A stretch of 64,000 nt of DNA from Candidatus Poribacteria bacterium (GTDB lineage: Bacteria; Poribacteria; WGA-4E; WGA-3G), in contig OZ240248.1 in NCBI GenBank assembly GCA_965198235.1, forward strand, positions 288,001 through 352,000, read 5' to 3'. Under the pieces are notes generated by a model that did not search any database, was not told the origin of the DNA, and saw only the letters and a list, made by a program, of their open reading frames with translations. How positions within the stretch are numbered: position 1 is the first letter of the stretch; each line of letters starts with the position of its first letter. Below, one piece after another: positions 19,128-28,339 of this stretch. The translations under genes and the position numbers were made by a program.

Positions 19128-20618
19128 ATGCGTACGTATGATGATTTTTTAATGGAGTCGTATCAACTTAGAGAAAAGATGGTCGCCGATAAATTGCGAC
19201 CGAAATACCACTTCTTACCACCACACGGTCGTTGGAACGACATCAATGGCGCGACCTTCTTCAACGGCAGATACCATCTCGGCTACCTACAAAAGATAAG
19301 AAACGGTCCCGATGAGAGAGACTTTTCGAGTTGGCAGCACATTTCAAGTCGGGATCTGTTGCATTGGACCTATCACACGGCGTACCTCGACGAACCACTC
19401 GAAGGAAAGAAAGGCGATTATTTTAATAGCGGCGACGTCATGGACGGGATGGAAATCCCGACGATTATCACCAACATGCCCAGAAGAGGGATCTGTATTT
19501 ACCAATGTCACGATGCTGATCTCTCGCACTGGACACCGTTGGCGGAGAATCCAGTGATTCCAATCGATACAGACGAATTTCCCGAATGCGTGATCTTCGA
19601 TCCGAGTGGCTGGAAAGAGGGTGACACCTACTACGCCCTAATCGGCAATAAAAACCATCGCCCCGGCTACGAAGGCGACTCGACAAGCCTGTTTAAGTCG
19701 AAAGACCTCAAGCAATGGACTTACATCGGTCCGTTCTATAAATCCTCGCGCAGATGGACAGCAGAGGTTGAAGATTGCGCCTGCTCCGACTTCTTCCGCT
19801 TCGGGGAGAAATGGATGCTGCTGATGCACACCCATCACCCCTTTAACAAATGCCAGTATTACATCGGGCACTACGAAAATGAGACCTTCCATCCCGAAAT
19901 TAATGGACAACTTAGCCATCGCGGTAGTATGCTCTCTGGTCCCGAAACGCTCATCGACGATAAGGGCAGATGCCTCTTTTGGGGATGGATCGGCGATGCC
20001 CGAGACGCGGACGAATATGGGTGGAACAGCATTATGACGCTGCCTTGGCACCTGAAACCGACATCGGATAACCGTCTAAATATCGAACCGGCTTCAGAAT
20101 TACAATCACTGAGATACAACCCATTTCAGGTCGGAGATCTGTTTTTAGAAGCGGATCAGGAGATTACTGTTGAAGGACTTGCTTCGGATTGTATGGAGCT
20201 GAAACTGACGATAGAGCCACATTCCGCGCATCGATTTGGGGTGAAACTGTTCTGTTCGCCAGATCTCGAGGAGGAGACGGTAATTCATTACGATGCGGAG
20301 CAGCAAGCCTTTGTTGTCGATTTTGAAAATGCAAGTACCGACAGAACGCTCTCATACCGGTGTGGGCGTGAGGTCCTAAAGTCTGGAGGGTTCAAACAAA
20401 CCGTGCCTTTCGCACTCGGAGGCGACCAAGCACTTGAACTGGATATTTTCGTTGACAGATCGGTAATTGAAATTTTTGTCAATGCTGAGGTGTGCATTGT
20501 CCAGCGGGTTTACCCGATGCGACCTGATAGTAAAGAAGTCCGACTCTTTAGCGAAGATGGACGGATTGCGGTCAGAAATATCGTCAAATGGGAGATGGAC
20601 GCAACCAACCCGTGGTAG
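19128..20618 (+). CDS. Glycoside hydrolase family 32 protein with atypical catalytic motifs
   Basis: RPKYHF, WNDING, WQHISSRDL, FNSG, IFDP, IFVDRSVIEIF. Confidence 0.85.
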   Translation: MRTYDDFLMESYQLREKMVADKLRPKYHFLPPHGRWNDINGATFFNGRYHLGYLQKIRNGPDERDFSSWQHISSRDLLHWTYHTAYLDEPLEGKKGDYFNSGDVMDGMEIPTIITNMPRRGICIYQCHDADLSHWTPLAENPVIPIDTDEFPECVIFDPSGWKEGDTYYALIGNKNHRPGYEGDSTSLFKSKDLKQWTYIGPFYKSSRRWTAEVEDCACSDFFRFGEKWMLLMHTHHPFNKCQYYIGHYENETFHPEINGQLSHRGSMLSGPETLIDDKGRCLFWGWIGDARDADEYGWNSIMTLPWHLKPTSDNRLNIEPASELQSLRYNPFQVGDLFLEADQEITVEGLASDCMELKLTIEPHSAHRFGVKLFCSPDLEEETVIHYDAEQQAFVVDFENASTDRTLSYRCGREVLKSGGFKQTVPFALGGDQALELDIFVDRSVIEIFVNAEVCIVQRVYPMRPDSKEVRLFSEDGRIAVRNIVKWEMDATNPW

Positions 20619-20619
20619 A

Positions 20620-21510
20620 TTACAGTATCCGCCCTTTGGGTATCTGCGAGTTCGGATACCATCGAGAATCGGAAGGCGGTGCTGGTTCGGGAGGTTGCAT
20701 GGAAGCAAACTCAGCCAACTTAGGTCGGATCTCGTCTTCCCAAATCCCTTCGACATCATCAAACGTGAGTGGCATGTGATTCGACACTTCCGCTTTATAT
20801 GCCGATAGCAACTCCCGCGTCTTTTCACCAAAATGTGCCACGATATCTGTCACCATCTGTTCCCCGACGCGACGACTGGAGGACTCGTTGAAATCGCCCA
20901 TTGCAAAATCAGGTGTGCGTGCATCATCCGTCGGCATCCGCGACATATCCACACAGTCGGGTGCGACTGCCCAAAGCACGGACGTTTCACCGCGTCCGGC
21001 GTGTCCGCCCAATCCTTTACCATCCTCGAAACGCTCGATATCCGCACCGATACTCATCGTCGAATACATCCGAACACCCACATGGGCTTGCATAATCTCA
21101 ATTACCACCGGCACGTCTAACCGATGGGGGCCCGAATGCCCGGAAAACAGAATTGCGCCGTGAAAACCCAAGGCATCCACCGCTCGAATGTGATAGCACA
21201 TATTCTTCAAAAACATCCAAGGCGGTATTGCTGTGAGCCACGGTCGCTCTTGATTAACTTGATTGTGCCCCCATGCACCGTAGCCACCAATCTCATGGCA
21301 GTGCCAATAAAACGGTGGTGCTACAATCCCACCGTGTGCTCTCGCCGCCTGACAGGAACATTCGTGTGCCCGAATCGCGTCCATTCCCACTGCATTGTGC
21401 CAACCGTGTGGTTCGCACAACCCATAAGGTAGATACACCATTGGACGCGCCTCTAACGCCGCTTCTAACTCATCTGGGAACATCCGTTCCCACCGCACCT
21501 CATGTCTCAT
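20620..21510 (-). CDS. Creatininase/creatinine amidohydrolase family protein
   Basis: LPYGLCEPHGWHNAVGMD, FSGH, GHAGRGETS. Confidence 0.85.
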   Translation of the reverse strand: MRHEVRWERMFPDELEAALEARPMVYLPYGLCEPHGWHNAVGMDAIRAHECSCQAARAHGGIVAPPFYWHCHEIGGYGAWGHNQVNQERPWLTAIPPWMFLKNMCYHIRAVDALGFHGAILFSGHSGPHRLDVPVVIEIMQAHVGVRMYSTMSIGADIERFEDGKGLGGHAGRGETSVLWAVAPDCVDMSRMPTDDARTPDFAMGDFNESSSRRVGEQMVTDIVAHFGEKTRELLSAYKAEVSNHMPLTFDDVEGIWEDEIRPKLAEFASMQPPEPAPPSDSRWYPNSQIPKGRIL

Positions 21511-21700
21511 ATAATACCCCTTTCCGATCATTTGTGGAACTTTCTAAAATCCCATTTCAATTTAACCTAAAACGCGTTTGCATAAATCTATTGAATGTGC
21601 GATAATGTCAAGAGTCTAACAGATTTTTAAACTTGATGTCCACTCATTTTTATTACGGTCAGTCAGCTTTCTGAACCCGTAGATTACGGAGGAAAACCCA

Positions 21701-22510
21701 ATGATGCGTCTAATATTAATTGCCTTCAGTATCCTGTGCTGCTTTGCCATGCTTGTGAGACACAGCGATGCTGAAATCGACCCGACAACTGCCGTTGGCG
21801 TGTGGCTCTTTAATGAGACCGACGGTGACACAGCACACGACTCCTCTGAAAACGGCAATGATGGCACACTAAAGGGTGATCCGAACTGGGTCCCCGATGG
21901 CAAATTTGGCAATGCACTGGAATTGGATGGTGCAGGTGATTATGTCAGCGTCCCTGACCATGAAACTTTAGATACCAAAATCAGTGAGGTATTCTCAATC
22001 GTCATCTGGGTTCAAGGCACTTACAGACCCAACGATTGGCACGGGTTAGTGACAAAAGCACAGGGATGGCGAGTCGATATGTGTTACCTGTTGCAACGGG
22101 CTGCTAATGGCAAATTCGAGTTTGCGCTTTTTGGAGAAGGCGGCAACGACAGCTGGACAGCATCCGACATCAACCCAGAAGATGACACATGGTATCATGT
22201 GGCTGCTGTCTATACCGGCAAAGAAGCACAGATTTACGTTGATGGCGTGCTTGCTGGCACGCGTGTTTTTTCTGCGGAGATTGCCGACACGAATGCGCCT
22301 GTGGTCATTGGAACTAATTACCCAAACGGCATTCAGCCAGTGGATGGTCTTATCGACGAGGCTGCGATTTTTAGTGTTGCTCTGGAAGAAGAGGATATCA
22401 ACGCCATAATGAACGATGGCTTGGAAGAGACACTCGGTATACTGGCTGTCGAACCTTCAGACAAATTGGCTTTGACTTGGGGCGACTTAAAAGTCGGTAA
22501 TGATAAATAA
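21701..22510 (+). CDS. Secreted LamG-like jellyroll protein with C-terminal WG motif
   Basis: Signal peptide, GVWLFNE, GKFGNALELDG, WYHVAAVY, AVEPSDKLALTWGDLK. Confidence 0.9.
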   Translation: MMRLILIAFSILCCFAMLVRHSDAEIDPTTAVGVWLFNETDGDTAHDSSENGNDGTLKGDPNWVPDGKFGNALELDGAGDYVSVPDHETLDTKISEVFSIVIWVQGTYRPNDWHGLVTKAQGWRVDMCYLLQRAANGKFEFALFGEGGNDSWTASDINPEDDTWYHVAAVYTGKEAQIYVDGVLAGTRVFSAEIADTNAPVVIGTNYPNGIQPVDGLIDEAAIFSVALEEEDINAIMNDGLEETLGILAVEPSDKLALTWGDLKVGNDK

Positions 22511-22579
22511 TGCCTCCGCTGATTTGATGACGGATCCGCTGGTACAATCCGGTGCGACACAAAGGTGTTTTTTTATTTC

Positions 22580-22630
22580 TGCTATCACTGACCATTCATA
22601 GATTTCGTACTGGAACGGTCAGTGATAGCA
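22580..22630. terminator. Long hairpin between convergent genes, possible bidirectional terminator or palindromic repeat
   Basis: TGCTATCACTGACC ... GGTCAGTGATAGCA, perfect 14-bp arms. Confidence 0.6.
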
Positions 22631-22659
22631 TACAATCCAGGATTCAGCCGACAGACGTG

Positions 22660-24402
22660 TTACGCCTGCTTTTCACCGGGTTTTCGCCGATGCTTTGATG
22701 CATAACTATCCCCTTCTGGATCGTACGAAACGGACACTTGTCCATCCTGCACAGCCAGTCGCGGTACAGTCCGGTGCCGACCATCCCGTTCGGGTCCTCG
22801 CATCACAGCGAATTGTGCCTCGGTCATATCTTCAACCATATCGCCCCAGCGCTCTTGCGGATCAATCACTCCACCGCCCCAATTGGTATTTTTCGACTGA
22901 TACTTAATCAGTACTCCGCGTCTGGGAACTGGATTCTTCCACGCCAAGGCACCGTGTGTACAACCGCCGTCCATAAAAAAGAGCACATCGCCAGCCTTCA
23001 TAACGGGTTGTACCACTAAACCCATGGTATCATCACACGTCCGAATCCCGGGAGGCGTGGGGTACTGGGTCTTGTGAGAGCCGGGCACACATGCGAAACC
23101 GCCCAAGCCCGTTTCAACATCGCGCAGTTGCCATGTAATGGTAACGGTTTCAGCATAACTACGCCCGTTCTTAAAATAATAACCGCGTGATGGGCTCATC
23201 GGTTCGTTTCCATCGTGGAGCGAGTGTCCCGATGTTCCGTGAACAGCACAGAACACGGTCGCGCCACTTGTGCGATAGCCGCTACCTCCCATCCAGTTCA
23301 GTCGGTGTACCACAGCAGGATGAGCAATCATACGCCGAAAGGGTGCGTTATACGGTGCTGGCAGGTCCAACAAACCCGATAGGAGCGGGCGACCTGTGCC
23401 AGCCTGACTTATCGACCCGCGAGCTAATTCCTCGCCTACGACGATGCGATCTTGGAATTTATCCACCGTCTCGTTGGCTTCTGCAAGCCACTGCTCATCC
23501 ATTATGCCGCGCACCACCAGATACCCATTCAGATCCCAAAAGTAAAACTCTTTCTCATCAATTCCCGAATCTGGGTCGCGGGTATAAATTGATGGGTGAA
23601 TAACAGACGTGTCCTCCTCCACCCACGTCTTTTCGCCATTCGTATTCAACGCCGGCGGCGGATTTGACCCCTTAAACCCAGGGATATACATGACCGCCTT
23701 TTGCTCAGGAGTCGCTTCCTCCGCCCATCCGGGCAAAGATTCGGTTTCTGAGTGAGGTCCAACAGGATTAGACTGAACTGCCGCACGTGCCGTATACCGG
23801 TAAGTCAACAACCGTTTCGGCGCGTTTTTCCCCGGTCGAACGCCTTGGAGCGTAGATGTAGCGACGAAAAAGAGGTCCCCTGCCTTTAGTTCCGGCTGCA
23901 CCACCACACCCATATCGTCGACACCTGTCGCCAAGTCGAGAGGCGTTTCTACGTTGCTCTTATGGCTCGCCTGAACAACGACCAATCCACCGTCTCCTTG
24001 TGCGACATCTTCTAATACCCAGACTGCCTTCACACCCTGCGAGCTTCTCCGACCATTTTGTTGGAAGTATGCTTGGGACGGATTTCTCGGTTCATCACCG
24101 CCAACGAGTGCTGGACCCATTTCACTCTCTCGATTCCCCAACAATTGAGGGGCTTGATCCAGTCGGAAACCGTGTCCGATGAGTTGGTTCAAATACCACA
24201 CCAGTTTAGGGTGTACCAGTAGGTCGCGGAACAATTCGCGGTGCGGACTGTCTCCACCTAACAGTGCCTCATTCTCTCCAACGGCATCCAATGCCGCGTT
24301 GAGTACCGCTACCTCTTCTTGATTGAGGACACCCGGAACGTGTAGGTAGCCTGCCACATCAAAAGCATAGTTCTCTTCATTACTCATAACGTCGGTATCC
24401 AT
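22660..24402 (-). CDS. Tandem double-PhyH protein
   Basis: Two homologous halves (YAFDVAGYL / YFWDLNGYL; GGLVVVQASHK / GGFACVPGSHK; KAGDLFF / KAGDVLF). Confidence 0.85.
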   Translation of the reverse strand: MDTDVMSNEENYAFDVAGYLHVPGVLNQEEVAVLNAALDAVGENEALLGGDSPHRELFRDLLVHPKLVWYLNQLIGHGFRLDQAPQLLGNRESEMGPALVGGDEPRNPSQAYFQQNGRRSSQGVKAVWVLEDVAQGDGGLVVVQASHKSNVETPLDLATGVDDMGVVVQPELKAGDLFFVATSTLQGVRPGKNAPKRLLTYRYTARAAVQSNPVGPHSETESLPGWAEEATPEQKAVMYIPGFKGSNPPPALNTNGEKTWVEEDTSVIHPSIYTRDPDSGIDEKEFYFWDLNGYLVVRGIMDEQWLAEANETVDKFQDRIVVGEELARGSISQAGTGRPLLSGLLDLPAPYNAPFRRMIAHPAVVHRLNWMGGSGYRTSGATVFCAVHGTSGHSLHDGNEPMSPSRGYYFKNGRSYAETVTITWQLRDVETGLGGFACVPGSHKTQYPTPPGIRTCDDTMGLVVQPVMKAGDVLFFMDGGCTHGALAWKNPVPRRGVLIKYQSKNTNWGGGVIDPQERWGDMVEDMTEAQFAVMRGPERDGRHRTVPRLAVQDGQVSVSYDPEGDSYASKHRRKPGEKQA

Positions 24403-24454
24403 TTGTTTCTCCTGTTATCGGTGGCGAACGCAACCAACTCGTATGAGCGTGTCG

Positions 24455-25879
24455 CTATAAACACCACACATACGGACCGGGACCTGTCCGGCAAACCATC
24501 TCGGCGATCTGCAGGCGCATCTGTGCGATGCGATTTTCGTGTTCGGGGCGATTGGCAACATTTCGCATTTCGTCCGGGTCTGTCTTTAGGTCGTACAGTT
24601 CATCAATATCAAAGCGGTTCCGAATATACTTCCAGTGACCGTCGATAATCATCACATGCGCTGCAAGTTCTTCTGGTTCGTTCGCGTCGTGATAAATCGC
24701 ATTGAGACTGGCGATTTCAGCGAAGATGGGTTGACGTTTGGGCTCTTGCCCGTTCAAAATCGCCTCCGCAACGGAACGCCCATCAATTGGCGTTTCTGGG
24801 ACTTGATCTGCGAAACTCAGTAAAGTCGGCATCAGATCCACGCCCGCCAGAGGGGTCGTGACGCGAAAACCGGACGGCAAATGGTTCTGCCATGAGAGCA
24901 GACACGGCACACGTACCGACCCCTCATACATCAAACACTTCTCAGTGTAGCCGTGGTCGCCGAGCAATTCGCCGTGATCACTCATAAAAGCGACAACTGT
25001 ATTTGTTCCTTCAAGCGCATTTAATAGACGTCCGACTTGGTCGTCGATGTGTGTGATGAGGGCGTAGTAGTAAGTCATCATTCGGCGGAATTCAGCCTCA
25101 GTGACCGTGGAAGGGATGCGGAATTTTCCTCGCTTTTGAAATTCGGGCTTCCCATCGAGCGGGTCGCGCAACGAGGGAGGTAGCGGCATATCTTCTTCGC
25201 GATAGTGCTCCAGAAGGTCCGGCGGCACCAAGACAAGAGGGTGTGGGTCTTTGATACTCGCAAATAGGAAGAACGGGGCATCCTCTTGCTGCTGAACAAA
25301 TTCGAGCGAACGATCGATTGTCCACGTTGTGCGTTGCTGTCGAGGATCTGTGATTGTGCCGAATGCCAAGATATTTCCGTACTGCGTCATTCCCGGTGCA
25401 TCTGAGAGATAGAGGTTTTCAACCCCTTCCGTTTCAAAATAATCAAAGAGTGGGTCTGGATAGTCACCAAGATAACGATAGGTACACCAAAAATCGGAAA
25501 ATCCGTGTTGTGGGCGATGGTCGCCCCCCAAATGCCACGGTCCGACGATACCACAACGATAGCCAGCCCGTTTGAGCACATCGCCAATAGTGGTCCGGTC
25601 GTGAGGCAGGTAGCCGCCGAACTCACCCATTCTTTTGGGTCCGTAATTTCGCAGTTGTAAGTGGGCATGTGGATAGAGTCCAGTCAACCAACTTGCGCGT
25701 GCAGGTGAGCAGACCGGCGATGCACAGTAAGCGTTTTCAAAGCGGACACCATTCGCCGCCAGCCGATCCAGATGGGGTGTTTGAACGACCGGGCTACCCG
25801 CGAACCCGGCAGCGTCCCACCGCATCTGATCACACATAATGAGTACGATATTGGGTCGAGATGTCGTCGTGCTACCCAT
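24455..25879 (-). CDS. Sulfatase (formylglycine-dependent)
   Basis: PNIVLIMCDQ, CSPARASWLTG, SDHGE, ELYDL. Confidence 0.92.
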   Translation of the reverse strand: MGSTTTSRPNIVLIMCDQMRWDAAGFAGSPVVQTPHLDRLAANGVRFENAYCASPVCSPARASWLTGLYPHAHLQLRNYGPKRMGEFGGYLPHDRTTIGDVLKRAGYRCGIVGPWHLGGDHRPQHGFSDFWCTYRYLGDYPDPLFDYFETEGVENLYLSDAPGMTQYGNILAFGTITDPRQQRTTWTIDRSLEFVQQQEDAPFFLFASIKDPHPLVLVPPDLLEHYREEDMPLPPSLRDPLDGKPEFQKRGKFRIPSTVTEAEFRRMMTYYYALITHIDDQVGRLLNALEGTNTVVAFMSDHGELLGDHGYTEKCLMYEGSVRVPCLLSWQNHLPSGFRVTTPLAGVDLMPTLLSFADQVPETPIDGRSVAEAILNGQEPKRQPIFAEIASLNAIYHDANEPEELAAHVMIIDGHWKYIRNRFDIDELYDLKTDPDEMRNVANRPEHENRIAQMRLQIAEMVCRTGPGPYVWCL

Positions 25880-25907
25880 TTTTTTTAATTTTACCTTGCG
25901 GTTCGGT
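25880..25907 (-). repeat. E2 repeat terminus abutting ATG
   Basis: ACCGAACCGCAAGGTAAAATTAAAAAAA-ATG; homologous at 30772, 48868, 57728. Confidence 0.75.
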
Positions 25908-25989
25908 GAGGTGAGTTGAATGAACGACGATCCTCTCCGTATATCCGCCTGCACCGTTTTTGGTGTCCAAAAATTTTGGATGCTATCTA

Positions 25990-26373
25990 TTACGGAGCGA
26001 AACTCGATCGCAGTTTGATGCCCCAGCGTCCCGCTTCGTGGGTTAAGACATAGAGCGACTCGTAGGCGGCAATGACTGTGCCATCGGCGCGATAGCGTGT
26101 GAATTGTGTGTCAACATGGACTTTGGACGCTGTGGCATGGACAATGTTACGTCTGTCCCAACCGCTATGGTGCCAGCCCCTTGCGGTCAGGTTCTTTCTT
26201 ATTCTCTCCACATCCTGCTCACCCGGTTTGTTGAGGATTCGCATGTTGCCAGAAGCGAGGCGGTAGTGCGGAAAGTGAAACGTTTTTTCCCATGCAACTA
26301 TATCGAGACGATTAAATGCCTCCATCCACGTGTCAAGAACTTCTATGATTTCAGCTTCGATTTTTTCTTTCAT
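25990..26373 (-). CDS. NTF2/SnoaL-like fold protein
   Basis: WMEAFN, HFPH, KVHV..FTRY, SLYVLT..GRWGI. Confidence 0.75.
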   Translation of the reverse strand: MKEKIEAEIIEVLDTWMEAFNRLDIVAWEKTFHFPHYRLASGNMRILNKPGEQDVERIRKNLTARGWHHSGWDRRNIVHATASKVHVDTQFTRYRADGTVIAAYESLYVLTHEAGRWGIKLRSSFAP

Positions 26374-26484
26374 TGTTTTCACCTCAAATAGATGTTACCA
26401 AACGTCCGCTATTCTATCACAAATCTCCTATGCATGCAAGTGGACAATTCTTGACGAAAGTTAGGGTATCAATACGGCGACCAA

Positions 26485-27624
26485 TCATCGCTGACTCTCT
26501 TTGATAGCGCGTTCAAAGGTGCAGAGTAGATCTCGGATATCCTGACGTAATATGGTTGGGTTCACAGTAAGCATGATACATCCGGCGTGATCGCCATCTG
26601 GAGGGGATACAGATACTGAATGCTCCTCAAGCGTCTTGACGAAACGCGTACTATTAACATCTGATGCTAACTTCAGTGGAAACATATTAGAACCATGCTC
26701 AAAACGTTCAACAGTGATACTCTCCAGCGCGTTGATTTTATCAAAAAGTGCTCTTGTCTGTGTCATAGCACGATTGAAACGCTCTTCAAACCCATCTATG
26801 CCCTGAAGTGCCAACGCTGCCGCAAAGTTTGCGGATGCCAACCCGCCCCCAAACAGACGACGGTCGTGATACAACCCGTCCGTGAACTCAGCCGTGCCTG
26901 CCAATATCGCCCCGAACGGTGCTCCAAAATATTTGTATAACGACACATACACTGTATCAAATAGCGCTGCATAATCAGTGGGCGGAATGCCGGTCGCGCC
27001 TGACATCATGTAGAGCCGTGCGCCATCAAGATGACTCCCAATCTGTTTGTCTCGGCAGTAGTCTGTTACCGCCTTCATTTCATCAAACGGCATAATTTTA
27101 CCCGATTGGCGGCGCACAGGGCTTTCGACCATCACTGCCCCAACCGGATTGATGACTCTTCCGCTTTCTGCCTGCTCTACTGCAGCTTTCAATGTTTCGA
27201 GTGTAAAATAGGGACACTCCTTCGCCAAGGGTATAAGGTTTATGTTACTGAGCCGCGTTACACAATCGCCACTGTCATTGTAGAGATGACTCTGCTCCTG
27301 AACTATCGCACGCGGTTTGATGCCACAGAGTTTTCGGATGGCAAGATGATTGGCGAGTGTACCAGTCGGCATAAAGATCGCCGCCGCCTTGCCCAACATT
27401 TCAGCGCATTTTTTCTCAAGTTGTTCGACATTGCCACCGAGGGAATAGGTATCCTCTTTAAGCGTAAATTTTTGGTCGAACTCAGCAAGCTGCTGTAGCA
27501 TCGTCGAAGGCGTTTTCGGTTCTCCGTCCCCACGAAAGATGACCGTGTTGCTCGGGAGAACATCAGGAATAGGAGTCGTATCTGATCGGAGTAATTGGGT
27601 AATATGGCGGTTTGTTGTTTGCAT
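26485..27624 (-). CDS. Low-specificity threonine aldolase family PLP enzyme
   Basis: FMPTGTLAN, HLDGARL, SLYKYFGAPFG; AAGGAGG RBS before MQTT. Confidence 0.85.
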   Translation of the reverse strand: MQTTNRHITQLLRSDTTPIPDVLPSNTVIFRGDGEPKTPSTMLQQLAEFDQKFTLKEDTYSLGGNVEQLEKKCAEMLGKAAAIFMPTGTLANHLAIRKLCGIKPRAIVQEQSHLYNDSGDCVTRLSNINLIPLAKECPYFTLETLKAAVEQAESGRVINPVGAVMVESPVRRQSGKIMPFDEMKAVTDYCRDKQIGSHLDGARLYMMSGATGIPPTDYAALFDTVYVSLYKYFGAPFGAILAGTAEFTDGLYHDRRLFGGGLASANFAAALALQGIDGFEERFNRAMTQTRALFDKINALESITVERFEHGSNMFPLKLASDVNSTRFVKTLEEHSVSVSPPDGDHAGCIMLTVNPTILRQDIRDLLCTFERAIKESQR

Positions 27625-27659
27625 CAAAGTTGCCTCCTTCGTGTCGATTCTGCTCTCTT

Positions 27660-27785
27660 TATAGTAAAGCCCACAATTATTGGGACACTTCAAATTTGGA
27701 GATTTCGATGTATCTCTTACCCCCTGATAAGGGGGAAGGGGGGTTGACTTCTCAAAGTGTGCACGTATTTTTGGATTTTACTATA
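27660..27785. mobile_element. MITE-like element with TATAGTAAA inverted ends, second copy
   Basis: TATAGTAAAGCCCACAATTA ... TATTTTTGGATTTTACTATA; internal CCCCCTGATAAGGGGG hairpin. Confidence 0.7.
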
Positions 27786-27847
27786 AGCGAGTTTTTGTAT
27801 CGGGATAGGAGTATGTTATAGGTAGTCTCTCTAACATAGTTCTAATA

Positions 27848-28110
27848 TAGCCCAAGTTGCCACTTTCAAATGAGGGAGATTGTTTTCATCGAGTTTTAGG
27901 GTTCTTCGGATTTTCATCGGCGATTGAGGTATAAAAAATCACGAGTCGCTTATTCCAAAGCCCCAGAGGGGCGACATGTGTGTAGAAACGCGACCATCCC
28001 CAGGTCTATAAAGCCCCAGAGGGGCGACATGTGTATCGTTGACATCTGTAATTGTCCAATACAAAGTGTCCTTGAATATCTATAACTTTCTTAGGTAGTA
28101 ACTTGGATTA
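27848..28110. mobile_element. MITE-like element with CCAAGTT inverted ends and REP-like doublet
   Basis: TAGCCCAAGTTGCCAC ... GTAGTAACTTGGATTA; AAAGCCCCAGAGGGGCGACATGTGT occurs twice. Confidence 0.75.
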
Positions 28111-28339
28111 ATATAGTGAAGTAACCTAAACCCTTACTACAAGGAGTGTCCCACGTATATCATATCACGTTTTCGCAAGATTGACGACTGATTTCCTGAG
28201 TTTGAAAACAGGAGTTGCTAATACCTCTCAGAATAAAAAGTTGTCGCCTTCTTTGTCGGAATTAGATATACTTCTATAAGGTGCTATTGGAGAATCATCC
28301 ATTGTAGGATTTGTAGCGAACGGAGAATTGTAGGGACTC

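Noticed and set aside
27958-28035. Direct repeat AAAGCCCCAGAGGGGCGACATGTGT with a ~30-bp spacer as a CRISPR array
   Set aside because: Only two units, no cas genes; analogous doublets with different stems occur inside the other MITE copies
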